Positions 1 through 11,234 are shown, counted from the first letter of the stretch. The stretch: 64,000 bases of DNA from an uncultured candidatus Porisulfidus sp. (GCA_965199755.1 CBDASZ010000001.1:320001-384000), one strand, 5' to 3'. Numbers and translations are program-made. The notes: generated by a model not told the origin, from the sequence alone.

Positions 1-1
1 A

Positions 2-574
2 TTTCTGGTCAACCGAATCCTGATGCCGTATTTGCTGGAGGCGGCGCAACTGGTTGAGGAAGGGCATCGGCCGGCATCGGTGGATCGCGTGGCGAGAGAC
101 TTCGGGATGCCGATGGGGCCGCTGGAAGTGGCGGATCTGGTCGGTCTGGATGTCTGCTTGTCGGCGGGTGGTGTGATCGCCGCGCACTGTGACCTGCAGG
201 TGCCTGCCATCCTGCAACGCCATGTCGATGAAGGTCGGCTGGGGCGCAAGGGCGGTGCTGGATTCTATCGCTGGAAGGGGTCGCGCCGCGTCGTCTCGCG
301 ACCGCGCAAGATACCGGAAGATTGTGAAGACCGACTGATTCTGGGCATGGTGCGCGCGGCGGTGCAATGTGTGCATGAGGGTGTGGTCGCGGATGCTGAT
401 ACAGCGGATGCGGGGGTGATTCTGGGTACCGGTTTCGCGCCCTGGACTGGCGGCCCGTTGCAGATGATACGCACACAAGGTATGGCGCAGATATGTGAGC
501 GGCTGAATCAGTTGGAGCAGCGCCACGGCGCGCGCTTTGCGCCGGGGCCAGATTGGGATGCGTTGCATCTCTAA
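2..574 (+). CDS. 3-hydroxyacyl-CoA dehydrogenase C-terminal part of fatty-acid oxidation multifunctional enzyme (FadJ/FadB-like), 5' truncated by window edge
   Basis: Frame open from base 2 (FLVNRILMPYL); motifs FGMPMGP..ADLVGLDV, GRLGRKGGAGFY, DAGVILGTGFAPWTGGP. Confidence 0.85.
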   Translation, partial: FLVNRILMPYLLEAAQLVEEGHRPASVDRVARDFGMPMGPLEVADLVGLDVCLSAGGVIAAHCDLQVPAILQRHVDEGRLGRKGGAGFYRWKGSRRVVSRPRKIPEDCEDRLILGMVRAAVQCVHEGVVADADTADAGVILGTGFAPWTGGPLQMIRTQGMAQICERLNQLEQRHGARFAPGPDWDALHL

Positions 575-583
575 GGGATCGGA

Positions 584-2275
584 GTGAACGTCACGCAGTC
601 ATTGCCCAACGGCGGCGGCACGTTGGCGCAACTGTTTGAGGCGCGTGCGACGGTGACGCCTGAGGCGATCGCGTATATCGAATACAGTCGCTCTTTAGGC
701 AAGTGGTTCGAGCGCAGCTGGCGCTCGGTGCAGCAAGAGGCCGGACAGGTTCAAGCCTTCCTGGAGCAGCAGGGGCTGGTCGTCGGCGATCGCATCGGCA
801 TCATGGCGCGCGGCAGCGTCTACTGGGTGTGTCTGGACATCGCCGCAGCCGGGCTGGGTGTGGTCACGGTGCCGCTGTACCATCGGGATCGCGGCGGCAA
901 TGTGGCGCAAGTCATGGCGCAGTGCGAATTGAAGGCACTGTTTATCGGCGGGGTCGCGGAATGGGAGCACCTGCGTGAGTCGGAGGATTTTCTGGCGGCA
1001 GCGCCGCCGCTGTTTGCGGCGTCCGAGGTGCCGGATTCTCCAGTGCGCACGTTCTTCAGCGAACTGGCCGAGGTTGAACATCGGCCGTATCAAGTCGCGG
1101 TGGCCGACTCTGAAGCGGTCGCAACAGTGGTGTTTACGTCCGGCACTACGGGTCGCCCGCGCGGCGTGGTGCTGACGCACGCGAACATCATCAGCAATGT
1201 GATTGCGGCGACTGACGCGGTGCCGATTTTTGGTGCTGATCGGTTGCTGTCTTTCCTGCCCCTGTCGCATATGTTCGAGCGCACGGTCGGTTATTACGCG
1301 CCGATGCTGCATGGCGCGACTGTGACATTCGCTCGCTCGGTGCAGAACTTGCGTGAGGATATTCGCATGCATCCGCCGACGATTCTGGTGTCAGTGCCGC
1401 GTGTTTATGAGCGCATTTATCGCAAGTTGTCGAGCACACCGCCGCTGGACGGGTCACTGGGGGCCGTGCTGTTGTGGCTGGTGCAGCGTCTGGGGCGGAG
1501 TGGCCCGTGGTCACTCTGGCGCTGGATTGCGGGTCCATTCGCGTGGCTGGTCGCGCGGCGTTTGCGCCGCGGTCTGGGTGGGCGCTTGCGTTTGGCGATT
1601 ACTGGCGGTGCTGCGATGAATCCGAAAGTTGCGCATTTCTTCGCAGGGTTAGGCTTGAAGGTATTGCAAGGCTATGGTTTGACCGAGACGTCCCCGGTGG
1701 TGAGCGTCAATCGGGAGGATGACGTACGCGCCGAAACTGTGGGGGTGGCGTTGTCGGGTGTGGAGATCCGAGTGTCGCCGGAGGGTGAGTTATGCGTACG
1801 CGGCCCAGGAGTCATGCAAGGCTATCTGGAGGACCCGCAGGCGACTGCCGAAGTCATTGATGGTGAGGGCTGGTTTCATACGGGAGATCTGGTGTGTCTG
1901 GAAGAGGGACACATTCGCATCATTGGACGCGCCAAGGAGATTCTGGTGCTTTCGACCGGTGAGAAAGTGCCGCCGGAAGATCTGGAGCGCGCGTTGATGG
2001 AGGATTCTGATATTTGCCAAGCCTGGGTGGTCGGAGATGGTCAGCCGTTTCTGTCAGCTGTGGTGGTGGCGCATCAGCCGATAGAGGAAGCGACACTGTT
2101 GGAGCGCACGCCGGGGTTGCTGGCGGACTTTCCGGGCTATGCCCGCATCCGACGCATTCATGTGGATACGGAACCGTGGAGCGAGGCCAACGGAATTTTG
2201 ACGCCGACGCTGAAATTGCGCCGCGGCATGTTGCAGCAGCGTTACGCGCGTGAACTTGATACGTTTTATTCCTGA
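584..2275 (+). CDS. Long-chain fatty acid-CoA ligase (AMP-binding family)
   Basis: VFTSGTTGRPRG AMP loop, LPLSHMFER, GYGLTE, WFHTGD; follows the beta-oxidation gene. Confidence 0.9.
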   Translation: MNVTQSLPNGGGTLAQLFEARATVTPEAIAYIEYSRSLGKWFERSWRSVQQEAGQVQAFLEQQGLVVGDRIGIMARGSVYWVCLDIAAAGLGVVTVPLYHRDRGGNVAQVMAQCELKALFIGGVAEWEHLRESEDFLAAAPPLFAASEVPDSPVRTFFSELAEVEHRPYQVAVADSEAVATVVFTSGTTGRPRGVVLTHANIISNVIAATDAVPIFGADRLLSFLPLSHMFERTVGYYAPMLHGATVTFARSVQNLREDIRMHPPTILVSVPRVYERIYRKLSSTPPLDGSLGAVLLWLVQRLGRSGPWSLWRWIAGPFAWLVARRLRRGLGGRLRLAITGGAAMNPKVAHFFAGLGLKVLQGYGLTETSPVVSVNREDDVRAETVGVALSGVEIRVSPEGELCVRGPGVMQGYLEDPQATAEVIDGEGWFHTGDLVCLEEGHIRIIGRAKEILVLSTGEKVPPEDLERALMEDSDICQAWVVGDGQPFLSAVVVAHQPIEEATLLERTPGLLADFPGYARIRRIHVDTEPWSEANGILTPTLKLRRGMLQQRYARELDTFYS

Positions 2276-2365
2276 TGAATCACACACCCGTCGAACGCCC
2301 ATCCATACGGGAGAGGCGTTCGGGGATTTGGGCTGGCCGCGGGATTGCGCGGACGCGATCAAAAA

Positions 2366-2911
2366 TCAGGCGTCAGGCAGAATTTTGTGCAGCACGTTGA
2401 GCCGCGCCAATGCTTCGCGGACCGCCGGCAGCGCGTCTTCGTTTTCCTGATACTTCTGGGCCGCTTCTCCGGCGCTGCGAACAGCACGGAGCGCGGACGA
2501 AGAAATCGGCAACTTTTCCAGTTCGGCAAGAATGCGCCGTATCTGCGTCAGTTCGATCATAGCGTCTACGCTTGGGCCATCCCGAATGATCTGCCGGAGC
2601 CGTTCCTGAAGCTGCTCCAGATAGGTCTGCTCCGCACTCTCGGTTTTGGCGGCTGCCTTCGGGGGACTCTTGACCATGGTCTGGACAGACTTGACGTGCT
2701 GCTGGGGCACCAACAGCAGTTCCAGTTCCAGTGCATGCGCGAGTTCGCTCAGGCTGGAGAGGCGCAAATCGACGGCGCTGTTTTCAATTTTTGAGATATG
2801 GCCCTGCGGCACGTTGGCGAGTGAACTGAGTTCACGCTGGCTCAGATTACGGCTCTTTCGCGCATCCTTCAAAGCCTGTGCGATAGCTTTAACTGCTTTT
2901 GCTTTTGACAT
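2366..2911 (-). CDS. XRE-family HTH regulator, HipB-like antitoxin type
   Basis: LKDARKSRNLSQRELSSLANVPQGHISKIEN..DLRLSSL HTH followed by LELLLVP. Confidence 0.8.
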   Translation of the reverse strand: MSKAKAVKAIAQALKDARKSRNLSQRELSSLANVPQGHISKIENSAVDLRLSSLSELAHALELELLLVPQQHVKSVQTMVKSPPKAAAKTESAEQTYLEQLQERLRQIIRDGPSVDAMIELTQIRRILAELEKLPISSSALRAVRSAGEAAQKYQENEDALPAVREALARLNVLHKILPDA

Positions 2912-3073
2912 GATTTTTAAAATACACAGCTTGGCTGCGAGTGTTTTTGTGAATACATCTTACTGCATTATTTCGCTTAATTCAACGGCGCGGGACAAAA
3001 TTCCCAATAGTAGATATGATTCTGAAGAAGGAAATCTGCCTTGAACAGGCCGATCTTCCGTTTATTCACAAAA

Positions 3074-3088
3074 GCATAAGATTTATGC
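3074..3088. promoter_or_regulatory. Palindrome GCATAA-GAT-TTATGC, possible operator upstream of the XRE gene
   Basis: 6-bp inverted repeat in the AT-rich intergenic region. Confidence 0.3.
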
Positions 3089-3340
3089 CTGTACATAAAC
3101 CGTAGAACTCATTTTCATAGCCGCTATAATAATGCCTTACCAAGGTGTGACTTTCAAACGTTTTCGAGGTCACATAGACCGGGTGACTGGGCATAACATC
3201 GCTCCTTGGGAATGCCTGCATCCGGGGTCTTCACCGACAAGAGCGCAGCTCTTTGAGGTGGAGAAATGTGAAAGGAAGGGCGGTTTCGACTGCCCTTCAC
3301 TTGTAGGCGCATCGCCGCGCAACGCGGCATTCAATCGGCT

Positions 3341-3670
3341 TCAGGCGTCGCCGCAATCAAACCGGGTTTGCGTCATATCGCCGCTGGTGTCAACGTCCAC
3401 GCTTTGCACTTGCGGCATACGCGCGAGGATGTACGCGGCCATCATGGTGGCCATTTCCTGATTGTGATTTTCCATGGCGGTCAGCATGCGATCCGCGGCG
3501 ATCTGGCAGCGCTGCGCCTGATCGGGGCAGTCCACCCAGGTGCGTGACATCTGCCAGCCGCTGTCCATGTCCGCATCCATTTTCGCGAAGAACGCGCTGG
3601 CAGTCTGGACCATTTCATTCGGCACCTGCACCGGATGCGGCTCGCCGTTGAGGACGACTTGCAGGATCAT
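3341..3670 (-). CDS. Hypothetical protein (109 aa) translationally coupled to folC
   Basis: ATG at 3670 overlaps the folC stop (ATGA); MILQVVLNG...FFAKMDADMDSGWQMSRTWV. Confidence 0.75.
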   Translation of the reverse strand: MILQVVLNGEPHPVQVPNEMVQTASAFFAKMDADMDSGWQMSRTWVDCPDQAQRCQIAADRMLTAMENHNQEMATMMAAYILARMPQVQSVDVDTSGDMTQTRFDCGDA

Positions 3671-4947
3671 ATCGATTGCGCGTCGTATTCGGGCAGGCGC
3701 TGCGACAGAAACTCTCCGACCGCGAAGAATGATCCGAACACCACCACGGTGCCTTCTTCTCCGGCTTGCGCACACGCGGCCTCATAGGCATCGTGTATGG
3801 ATGGGTGCGTGCGGGTGTTGCGCAACCGGTGCGTCTGCGCCAGCATGCGCAGGGTCTCAAGTGGCATGGCGCGGGATGACTGCACCTCGCAAATGCTCCA
3901 GCTGTCGAACAGCGGGCTGAGCGCGGTGAATATGCTGGCGACGTCTTTTTCGCGCAACGCGGAGAACACCGCATGTAAGGGGCGGTTGGGGCGAAATCGA
4001 TTCAGGTTGCGACCGAGGTTGATGGCGCTTTCCGGGTTGTGCGCGATGTCCAGGATGGTGTCGACGGGGCCGTCCAGCATCTGGAATCGGCCGATCAGAC
4101 TGATGTCTTGAAGTTCGCGGCGTGCGATGTCCACATCAAAACGGTCGATCAGGCGCAGTGTGCTCAGCACCGAGCCGGCATTGTTGAGTTGCACCCGACC
4201 GGGCAGTTGTGAGGGAATAGGCAGTTTCAGGTTGAGGCCGTCGTTGTGCAGGTAGTGCCAGTGCGTGTCTGAGGTTACTGCTGCGAAAAAATCATGACCG
4301 ATGCGTTGCATCGGCGCGCCGAGACGCTGCGCCTGGTCCAGCAGGCTGACCGGCGGCTGTTCCTCGCCGCAGACGACGGGTTTGCCGGGGCGCATGATGC
4401 CGGCCTTCTCGCGGCCAATGGCTTCGCGGGTGCGTCCCAGCCATTCGGTGTGATCGATGCTGATGCTGGTGATGATGGCAATGTCTGCGTCCCACAAATT
4501 GACGGCATCCATACGGCCGCCGAGGCCAACTTCCAGCACCGCGCAATCGACATCCATTTCAAAGAACACCCACAGCGCCGCCAGTGTGCCATACTCAAAA
4601 AACGACAGACTGATGTCACCACGGGCGAATTCGACCTCCTCGAAGGCGGCGCACAGCAAGGCATCCGCGACTTCGGCACCGTCCACGCGAATGCGCTCGT
4701 TGTAGCGCAGAAAGTGAGGAGAGGTATAGACGCCCACCCGTTCGTGCGGGCGCAGCATGGATTCCAGCAAAATGGCGCTGGAGCCTTTGCCGTTGGTTCC
4801 GGCGATGGTGAGAATGCGGAACTTCGGCTGGGTGAGACGCATGCGGCGGGCGACCGCGCGAATGCGCTCCAGTCCCAGATCAATGCTGCTGATGTGCAGT
4901 TGCTGCTGCCAGTCGACCCACTCCGCGACTGAGGAGAATGTGGGCAT
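3667..4947 (-). CDS. folC: Folylpolyglutamate synthase/dihydrofolate synthase
   Basis: AGTNGKGS, YTSPH, LEVGLGGRMDAVN, DIAHNP; follows accD. Confidence 0.97.
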   Translation of the reverse strand: MPTFSSVAEWVDWQQQLHISSIDLGLERIRAVARRMRLTQPKFRILTIAGTNGKGSSAILLESMLRPHERVGVYTSPHFLRYNERIRVDGAEVADALLCAAFEEVEFARGDISLSFFEYGTLAALWVFFEMDVDCAVLEVGLGGRMDAVNLWDADIAIITSISIDHTEWLGRTREAIGREKAGIMRPGKPVVCGEEQPPVSLLDQAQRLGAPMQRIGHDFFAAVTSDTHWHYLHNDGLNLKLPIPSQLPGRVQLNNAGSVLSTLRLIDRFDVDIARRELQDISLIGRFQMLDGPVDTILDIAHNPESAINLGRNLNRFRPNRPLHAVFSALREKDVASIFTALSPLFDSWSICEVQSSRAMPLETLRMLAQTHRLRNTRTHPSIHDAYEAACAQAGEEGTVVVFGSFFAVGEFLSQRLPEYDAQSI

Positions 4948-4951
4948 GGGA

Positions 4952-5833
4952 TCAGTCGCTGCGGGTTGTTTCGCGCGCGGGCAGGCGCATCATCAAGCGA
5001 ATCAGGTCGGCGATAGTGTCGCGCATCTCGCCGCGCGGCACCAGCATGTCAATGGCTCCGTGTTCGAGCAGAAACTCACTGCGCTGGAAGCCTTCGGGCA
5101 GGGTTTCGCGCACGGTCTGTTCGATGACGCGGGGTCCGGCGAAGCCGATCAGGGCTCCAGGCTCGGCGATCTGGATGTCACCGAGCATGCCGATCGAGGC
5201 GGAGACGCCGCCCATGGTCGGATCGGTCAGCACCGAGATATAGGGCAGGCGCTGTTCGCGCAACCGCGCAAGAATGGCGGCTGTCTTGGACATCTGAAAC
5301 AGTGAGGTCAGAGATTCCTGCATGCGTGCGCCGCCGCTTGCGGAGAAGCACACCAGCGGCAACTTTTCGCGCAGGCACAGTTGCGCGGCACGTACAAACT
5401 TCTCGCCGACCACCGAACCCATGGAGCCACCCATAAAGCCGAACTCAAAAGCCACGCACACCATAGGCGTGTTGTGCACCTTGCCGCGCATGATCAGCAG
5501 CGCTTCCTTCTCGCCGCTGGCTTTCTGCGCGCGACTGAGTCGCTCCTTGTAGCGCATGCTGTCACGGAATTTCAGAAAGTCTCGAGAGACGAGGTCACCG
5601 GCGATTTCTTCGCGTCCCTCCGGGTCGAGGAACCATTCCAGCCGTTCGCGCGCCGGCAGGCGCATGTGATGACCGCACTTGGCGCAGACATACAGGTTGC
5701 GCTCCAGATCGCTGCGGTATAGCGGGGTGCCACAGTTGTCGCACTTGATCCACAGATCCTGCGGCACCCGGCGACGTGGTTCGCTGGTGTCGATGCGGAT
5801 CTTGGAGGGGATGAGGTGCTGGTACCAGCTCAT
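4952..5833 (-). CDS. accD: Acetyl-CoA carboxylase carboxyltransferase beta subunit
   Basis: [12 protein letters not shown] zinc finger, [29 protein letters not shown]. Confidence 0.98.
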   Translation of the reverse strand: MSWYQHLIPSKIRIDTSEPRRRVPQDLWIKCDNCGTPLYRSDLERNLYVCAKCGHHMRLPARERLEWFLDPEGREEIAGDLVSRDFLKFRDSMRYKERLSRAQKASGEKEALLIMRGKVHNTPMVCVAFEFGFMGGSMGSVVGEKFVRAAQLCLREKLPLVCFSASGGARMQESLTSLFQMSKTAAILARLREQRLPYISVLTDPTMGGVSASIGMLGDIQIAEPGALIGFAGPRVIEQTVRETLPEGFQRSEFLLEHGAIDMLVPRGEMRDTIADLIRLMMRLPARETTRSD

Positions 5834-6633
5834 GATGCGTCTGCGTTGTCCTGGCGGTCAATGTTGTTGCGTAATTCTTGCACGAATGCACCGATCCCGT
5901 CGGGGTCGCGGTGGATCTGTTCGACCAGCGCACTGCCTACGATGACCGCGTCCGCGCAGTGCGCGGCTTGCGCGGCAGAGTCTGCGTCGCGGATTCCGAA
6001 GCCAATGCCAATCGGCAGTGAACTGATGGTGCGAATGTGCGCGATGCGATGTTCGATTTCCTGAAAGTTGAGGGTCGTCGCACCGGTGGTGCCGCGCAAG
6101 GAGACGTAGTACAGAAACCCTTGCGCTTGTGAGGCGATGAGTTGCAGTCGGGTGTCGGTGGTGGTCGGGGCCAGCAGGAAGATCGGGTCGACGTCGCGGT
6201 CTTGCAAGGGTTCAATGATGGGGGTGGCTTCTTCCGGCGGCAGATCGACGACCAGTACACCGTCGACGCCGACGCGGGCGGCGTGGTCAGCGAAGCTGTC
6301 CGCACCCATCGCCACGATCGGGTTGCAGTAACCCATCAGGATGATCGGCGTGTCGGCATCACGGTTGCGGAACTCCGCGACGGTGTTGAGCACATCGATC
6401 AGGCTCACGTCATGTTTGAGGGCGCGTTCACAGGCGGCCTGAATGACCGGGCCGTCAGCCATCGGATCGGAGAACGGCACTCCCACTTCCAGCGCGTCAG
6501 CGCCGTGGGCGACCAGCGTGTGCAGTAATGGCGCGGTAGTGTCTGGCGCGGGGTCTCCGGCGGTCAGGTATGGGATCAGCGCGGTGCGTCCCTGTTCGCG
6601 CAACTGCGCGAAGCGTGTGGCGATTCGACTCAC
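5830..6633 (-). CDS. trpA: Tryptophan synthase alpha chain
   Basis: [27 protein letters not shown]. Confidence 0.98.
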   Translation of the reverse strand: MSRIATRFAQLREQGRTALIPYLTAGDPAPDTTAPLLHTLVAHGADALEVGVPFSDPMADGPVIQAACERALKHDVSLIDVLNTVAEFRNRDADTPIILMGYCNPIVAMGADSFADHAARVGVDGVLVVDLPPEEATPIIEPLQDRDVDPIFLLAPTTTDTRLQLIASQAQGFLYYVSLRGTTGATTLNFQEIEHRIAHIRTISSLPIGIGFGIRDADSAAQAAHCADAVIVGSALVEQIHRDPDGIGAFVQELRNNIDRQDNADAS

Positions 6634-7835
6634 GGTGTCAGTTCGTCGAGGCGGGTTACGGTGTCGAGATCCTTGTCGCCACGACCCGACAGGTTAACCA
6701 GCACGATGGAATCTTTTGGCATGGTGGCGGCCTGCATGGTGGCGGCCGCGACGGCATGGGCGCTTTCCAGCGCCGGGATAATCCCTTCGGTGTGCATCAG
6801 CAAATGAAAGGCGCGCAAGGCTTCTTCGTCGGTGGCGGCGGTGTAGTCGACGCGGCCGCTGTCTTTGAGGAAGGCGTGCTCCGGCCCAACGCCTGGATAA
6901 TCAAGACCGGCAGAAATACTGTGCGTACCCTGAATCTGCCCAGCCGCGTCCTCCATTAAATAAGTGCGGTTGCCGTGCAGCACGCCGACGGTGCCGCGGG
7001 CCAGCGGCGCGGCATGCGCTTCCGTGTCGAGTCCGCATCCGCCGGCTTCAACGCCGAGCATGCGCACCTCGCTGTCTTGCAGGAACGGGTGGAACAGTCC
7101 GATGGCATTGGAGCCACCGCCGACACAGGCGATCAGCAGGTCCGGGAGGCGTCCGGTAGCGTCACGCATTTGTTCACGCGCTTCGCGCCCGATGACGGAC
7201 TGGAAGTCACGCACCATTTCCGGGTAAGGCGCGGGTCCGGCGACACTGCCAATGATGTAGAAGGTGTCCTCGACATGGGTGACCCAGTCGCGCAAGGCTT
7301 CGTTCAGGGCGTCCTTGAGGGTCTTGGAGCCGCTGTTGACCGACACCACGGTCGCGCCAAGCAATTTCATGCGCGCGACATTCGGGGCCTGCCGCTCAAT
7401 GTCTTCGGCACCCATGTAGACCACGCACTGCAGTCCCAGACGCGCACTTACGGTGGCGGTGGCGACGCCGTGCTGGCCGGCACCGGTCTCGGCGATGATG
7501 CGCTGCTTGTCCCAGCGTCGGGCCAGCATCGCCTGTCCGATGGTGTTATTGATCTTGTGCGCGCCGGTGTGGTTCAGGTCCTCGCGCTTGAGCCAGATCT
7601 GGGCACCACCGACCTCGCGGCTGAGCCGCTCGGCGTAGTACACCGGTGACGGCCGTCCCACGTAATGCTTCAGGTCGGCCTCAAAGGCCTGCCAGAAATC
7701 GGTGTCTTGCTGGACTTCACGGTATAAGGCGGTCAGTTCATCCAGTGGACGAATCAGGGTCTCGGCGACGTAGCGCCCGCCGTATTCGCCGAAATGGCCG
7801 TCGGCATCGGGACTGGTGGGTGTGTTAACTGACAC
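6630..7835 (-). CDS. trpB: Tryptophan synthase beta chain
   Basis: [36 protein letters not shown]; probable GTG start at 7835 overlapping the trpF end. Confidence 0.97.
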   Translation of the reverse strand: MSVNTPTSPDADGHFGEYGGRYVAETLIRPLDELTALYREVQQDTDFWQAFEADLKHYVGRPSPVYYAERLSREVGGAQIWLKREDLNHTGAHKINNTIGQAMLARRWDKQRIIAETGAGQHGVATATVSARLGLQCVVYMGAEDIERQAPNVARMKLLGATVVSVNSGSKTLKDALNEALRDWVTHVEDTFYIIGSVAGPAPYPEMVRDFQSVIGREAREQMRDATGRLPDLLIACVGGGSNAIGLFHPFLQDSEVRMLGVEAGGCGLDTEAHAAPLARGTVGVLHGNRTYLMEDAAGQIQGTHSISAGLDYPGVGPEHAFLKDSGRVDYTAATDEEALRAFHLLMHTEGIIPALESAHAVAAATMQAATMPKDSIVLVNLSGRGDKDLDTVTRLDELTP

Positions 7836-8445
7836 GACGCACCTCCTGAATGAATGCGCGCATGCGTTCAGGATCCTTGCGGCCCGGAGCGGATTCCACA
7901 CCACTGCTGACATCGACCGCCCAAGGCTGACATTGCGCGATCGCGTCGGCCACGCAGTCGGCGTCAAGCCCGCCGGCCAGAATCAGAGGTCTGGGGTCTT
8001 CGCTGGTGACGGCATCCCAGTCAAAGGCTTCGCCGCGACCGCCCGCTTCACCGGGAAGGTGGCTGTCGAGCAGGAAGCCTCGGGCGTTGGGATAGGTTTG
8101 CTGGGCCTGTTGCAGGGCTTCCGGGTTGTGCATAGAGACGGCGCGAATCCACGGCCCTCGGAAGTGCGCGCATAGCGTTGGGGATTCGTTGCCATGGTAC
8201 TGGACCAGATCGGGGCGCAGTTCCGCACTCAGGCGATCCAGAAAGTCCGTCTCCGGGTCCATCACGACCGCGCAGGTGCTAACGAATGGGGGCAGGACAT
8301 CGCGGATGGTGCAGGCCTGTTCAATGTCGAGGTGACGGGGACTGGGCGGATGAAAGACCAGCCCGATACAGTCGGCACCGGCGTCAGCGGCGTCGGCGGC
8401 GTCTTGCGGTGTGGTGATACCGCAGATCTTTACACGAACATTCAT
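7825..8445 (-). CDS. trpF: Phosphoribosylanthranilate isomerase
   Basis: [20 protein letters not shown]. Confidence 0.97.
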   Translation of the reverse strand: MNVRVKICGITTPQDAADAADAGADCIGLVFHPPSPRHLDIEQACTIRDVLPPFVSTCAVVMDPETDFLDRLSAELRPDLVQYHGNESPTLCAHFRGPWIRAVSMHNPEALQQAQQTYPNARGFLLDSHLPGEAGGRGEAFDWDAVTSEDPRPLILAGGLDADCVADAIAQCQPWAVDVSSGVESAPGRKDPERMRAFIQEVRRVS

Positions 8446-9242
8446 GAGTCAAAAGAGCAGGTGCGGTAGTCAGGAATCCACAGCGGCTGCGGAATGTTGT
8501 ATTCCGAAGGATAGTGTACGCGCACCAGATACAAACCATCGGGAGGTGCCGTGACACCGCCGGCGGTGCGGTCGCGCGCGTGCAGTAATTCGCTGATCCA
8601 TTTTATCGGTTGCTGGCCATCACCGACGCACATCAGCGAGCCAACCAGAATGCGAACCATGTTGTGCAGGAAGCTGTCGGCTTCCACATCCAGGTGCACA
8701 AATGGGCCATGCGCCGCGATATTGAGGCGGTGCAGGGTGCGTGTGGGATTCTTGGCCTGACATCCGGCGGCACGAAAACTGCTGAAATCATGCGTGCCGA
8801 GAAGGGCTTGCGCGGCCTCTTGCATGCGCGCGGCGTCAAGTGTCTTTGGGGTGCGGCTGACGCGGTGGGTCAGCAGGCCGGGAGCGCTGCGGCGCTGCAG
8901 CAGGATATACCGGTAGTGGCGTCTGATCGCCGTGTGGCGGGCATGAAAACTGTCTGGCACGGGCTGCACCCAGCCAATACTGATGGTCGGGGGGAGGTGC
9001 GACCCAGCCCCGCGCTGCCAAGCGTGTGGCGTGCGTTCAACTTCGGTGTCGAAATGAATGACTTGACCGGTCGCGTGCACACCGCTGTCGGTACGGCCGG
9101 CCGTGGTGATCTGAATGGGTTGATACGCGACTGCGGAGAATGCGGTTTCTACCGCGTCCTGAATGCTGGGCGCATGAGTTTGGCGCTGCCAGCCACTGAA
9201 GGCGGAGCCGTCGTATTCAACGCCACAGGCAAAGCGCGTCAT
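8442..9242 (-). CDS. truA: tRNA pseudouridine(38-40) synthase
   Basis: YDGSAFSGWQRQ, AGRTDSGVHATGQV, HDFSSFRA, FLHNMVR. Confidence 0.97.
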   Translation of the reverse strand: MTRFACGVEYDGSAFSGWQRQTHAPSIQDAVETAFSAVAYQPIQITTAGRTDSGVHATGQVIHFDTEVERTPHAWQRGAGSHLPPTISIGWVQPVPDSFHARHTAIRRHYRYILLQRRSAPGLLTHRVSRTPKTLDAARMQEAAQALLGTHDFSSFRAAGCQAKNPTRTLHRLNIAAHGPFVHLDVEADSFLHNMVRILVGSLMCVGDGQQPIKWISELLHARDRTAGGVTAPPDGLYLVRVHYPSEYNIPQPLWIPDYRTCSFDS

Positions 9243-9404
9243 GGTGTGGGTAATGGGGCAAGGTGTGTGGTGCCGGGACTGAGCAGGCTTTTCATGGGGC
9301 AGTCTTGAGATTTAATAGAAACTATACCAGCATGTATCTGGCATTAAGCACGGAGGTGTCGGGATCAAGACTGGGTGTATTTGAATGGGACTTATATACA
9401 TAAC

Positions 9405-9430
9405 TTGACAGAGCCTTGAAATGCTATACA
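9405..9430 (+). promoter_or_regulatory. Promoter-like elements upstream of the left porin cassette
   Basis: TTGACA at 9405-9410 and TGcTATACA (extended -10-like) at 9422-9430; the 14-bp spacing is non-canonical. Confidence 0.3.
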
Positions 9431-9465
9431 AAGCCTGAACAGGTGATTTTGATTTGTAAGATACA

Positions 9466-9561
9466 ATTTCTAATTGCTTTGGCGGTCGCGGTCGCTCCGT
9501 TGGCAGCCCAGGCAGAGACCATCAACCTCTACGGCTGGCAAAACCATTCGTGGGAGTTTGT
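9466..9561 (+). repeat. 96-bp perfect inverted repeat, left copy (partner 12633-12728)
   Basis: ATTTCTAATTGCTTTGGCGG...TGGGAGTTTGT is identical to the reverse complement of 12633-12728. Confidence 0.95.
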
Positions 9562-10964
9562 GGATATTGATGGTGGACGCAGCTTTGATCGCATTCAGTC
9601 GAATGCTGGGCAACATCGGCTTCAGCCGCCAGTGTCGACACCGGCATGAACGGCATCAAGGTCAACTTGCAGTGCGAGCAGTTCACGTTCTACAACCGCT
9701 TACAACCACTTCGCGGGCGGCACCGGCTGGTGCAACCGTAACTCGAAGATCGGTCTGGCTCACCCGCAGATGGGTGAGATCATGTTCGCCACCTGGCTGC
9801 TGCCCTACAACGAAGGCGTAGCGCAGTGGGTTGACCCGTTCTACGATGCCGGCGCGGACTCGCATACCAGCATCATGGGTTCCGTAGGGCCAACACCATC
9901 TTCTATAACAGGTTCTGGTCAGCAGCCTCCGCCTCATCTACAACAGGTTTGATGGTTCCGGACAATAGTTTTTGAGAGGATTTCCTGCACTACGAGCACT
10001 GGCTTCAATCGTCGCCAGGAGAACATCATTCAGTACTGGTCACCGAACTGGAACGGTTTTGTGTTCCGGTTTGCGTGGACGGTCGGCACCCGGGATGAAA
10101 CAGCCGCACCGGTCGGTGGTGGTGAAATCGACCCAGTAATTCGTTCCAGCAGTCTGGCCTACACCAATGGCCCCATGTGGCTGGCCGTCACGTGGCAGGA
10201 TCACGAAGACTGGACTGCAGCTTCAGTCGGTGAGATGGCTTCTTCGGATGCTGAAAGCTGGCGTCTTGCCGGTCGCTACATTGCCGATCTCGGTGATGGC
10301 ATGAGCGTTCAGATCTCGGCCATGTACGAAGATCTCGAATATGAGTTCAATGGAGTCAGCAACTTTGATGCTGCTATGGGTGCTTTCGGATATGGCAATT
10401 CGATGAGCTATACCGGCATTAGCCCATCTTCTCGTGCCGATGTCTTTCGTACTCAGCGTACAGGAAGTGGTTCCTCGAACTATTGTCTGGTGCCGATCGG
10501 TCTACTTGTGAGGGACACAGAGATTGCGGCAACGACATGGCGAAACAAAAACTGGAGTATGAACACCAGGTACTGAGGCTGGCATGGCAAAGTTGTATCG
10601 CTGGCACGTCGCAATCATGCGACCGCAGGCAGCAATGTAACGGTCGAACGCGAGGCCTGGATGATTTCCGGCAAGATCAAGTTCGGCGGTCCGGTTGACT
10701 TCCGCTTCTCCTATATGGACGCGGATGATCTGGAGGTTTCCTGCAGCGTTTGCTCAGGCGACTGGGATAACACTGCTGCCGATGCGTGGAACGTAGGCAT
10801 GTTCTACACCATGCCGGCCGGTACGGAACTGCGTCTGACCTATTCCGAAGTCGACAACGACGCAAACGGAACCTATGGTCAGGGTATTTCCGGCACGGGG
10901 CTTGGCTCAGCGCGGAGGTGAAGTTGAAATGTTCGCACTCGGTATCGTGCACTGGTTCGACTAA
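9467..10964 (+). pseudogene. Gram-negative porin cassette A (no ATG start; several frameshifts, possibly assembly artefacts)
   Basis: Signal peptide FLIALAVAVAPLAAQA then ETINLYG; RRQENIIQYWSPNWNGF; C-terminal GIVHWFD*; split over ORFs at 9416, 9474, 9770, 10061, 10483 and 10661. Confidence 0.85.
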
Positions 10965-10996
10965 TCCGATTAGTTGATCTATAACCGGCATACAAG

Positions 10997-11025
10997 ACAG
11001 GCGCCCTTCGGGGCGCCTGTTTTTT
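10997..11025 (+). terminator. Rho-independent terminator of porin cassette A
   Basis: ACAGGCGCCC-TTCG-GGGCGCCTGT followed by a T run. Confidence 0.92.
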
Positions 11026-11234
11026 ATGAGTTCGCTTGCTGATACCTTGGTACGAGCAGCACATATTTAAGATCAGAATATACGTTTGAATTGCAACAAG
11101 AAGGGGACAATTCCTTTTTTACTGCCTGTGCGGACTTCTTGAAAGAGAAGGGCCTATTTCTCCGCGCGAGCAGATATTTCTCAATAGCACAATTTTATGA
11201 GGTCTGAGCGTGTTCACCAATACGCTTGAACAAC

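Noticed and set aside
3132-3461. 109-aa plus-strand ORF after a TATAAT
   Set aside because: It overlaps the better-supported minus-strand gene at 3341-3670 and has no motif or RBS.
11026-11234. Spacer between the porin terminators as a recombinase or regulator gene
   Set aside because: Only about 210 bp with a short start-less frame; too small for a recombinase.
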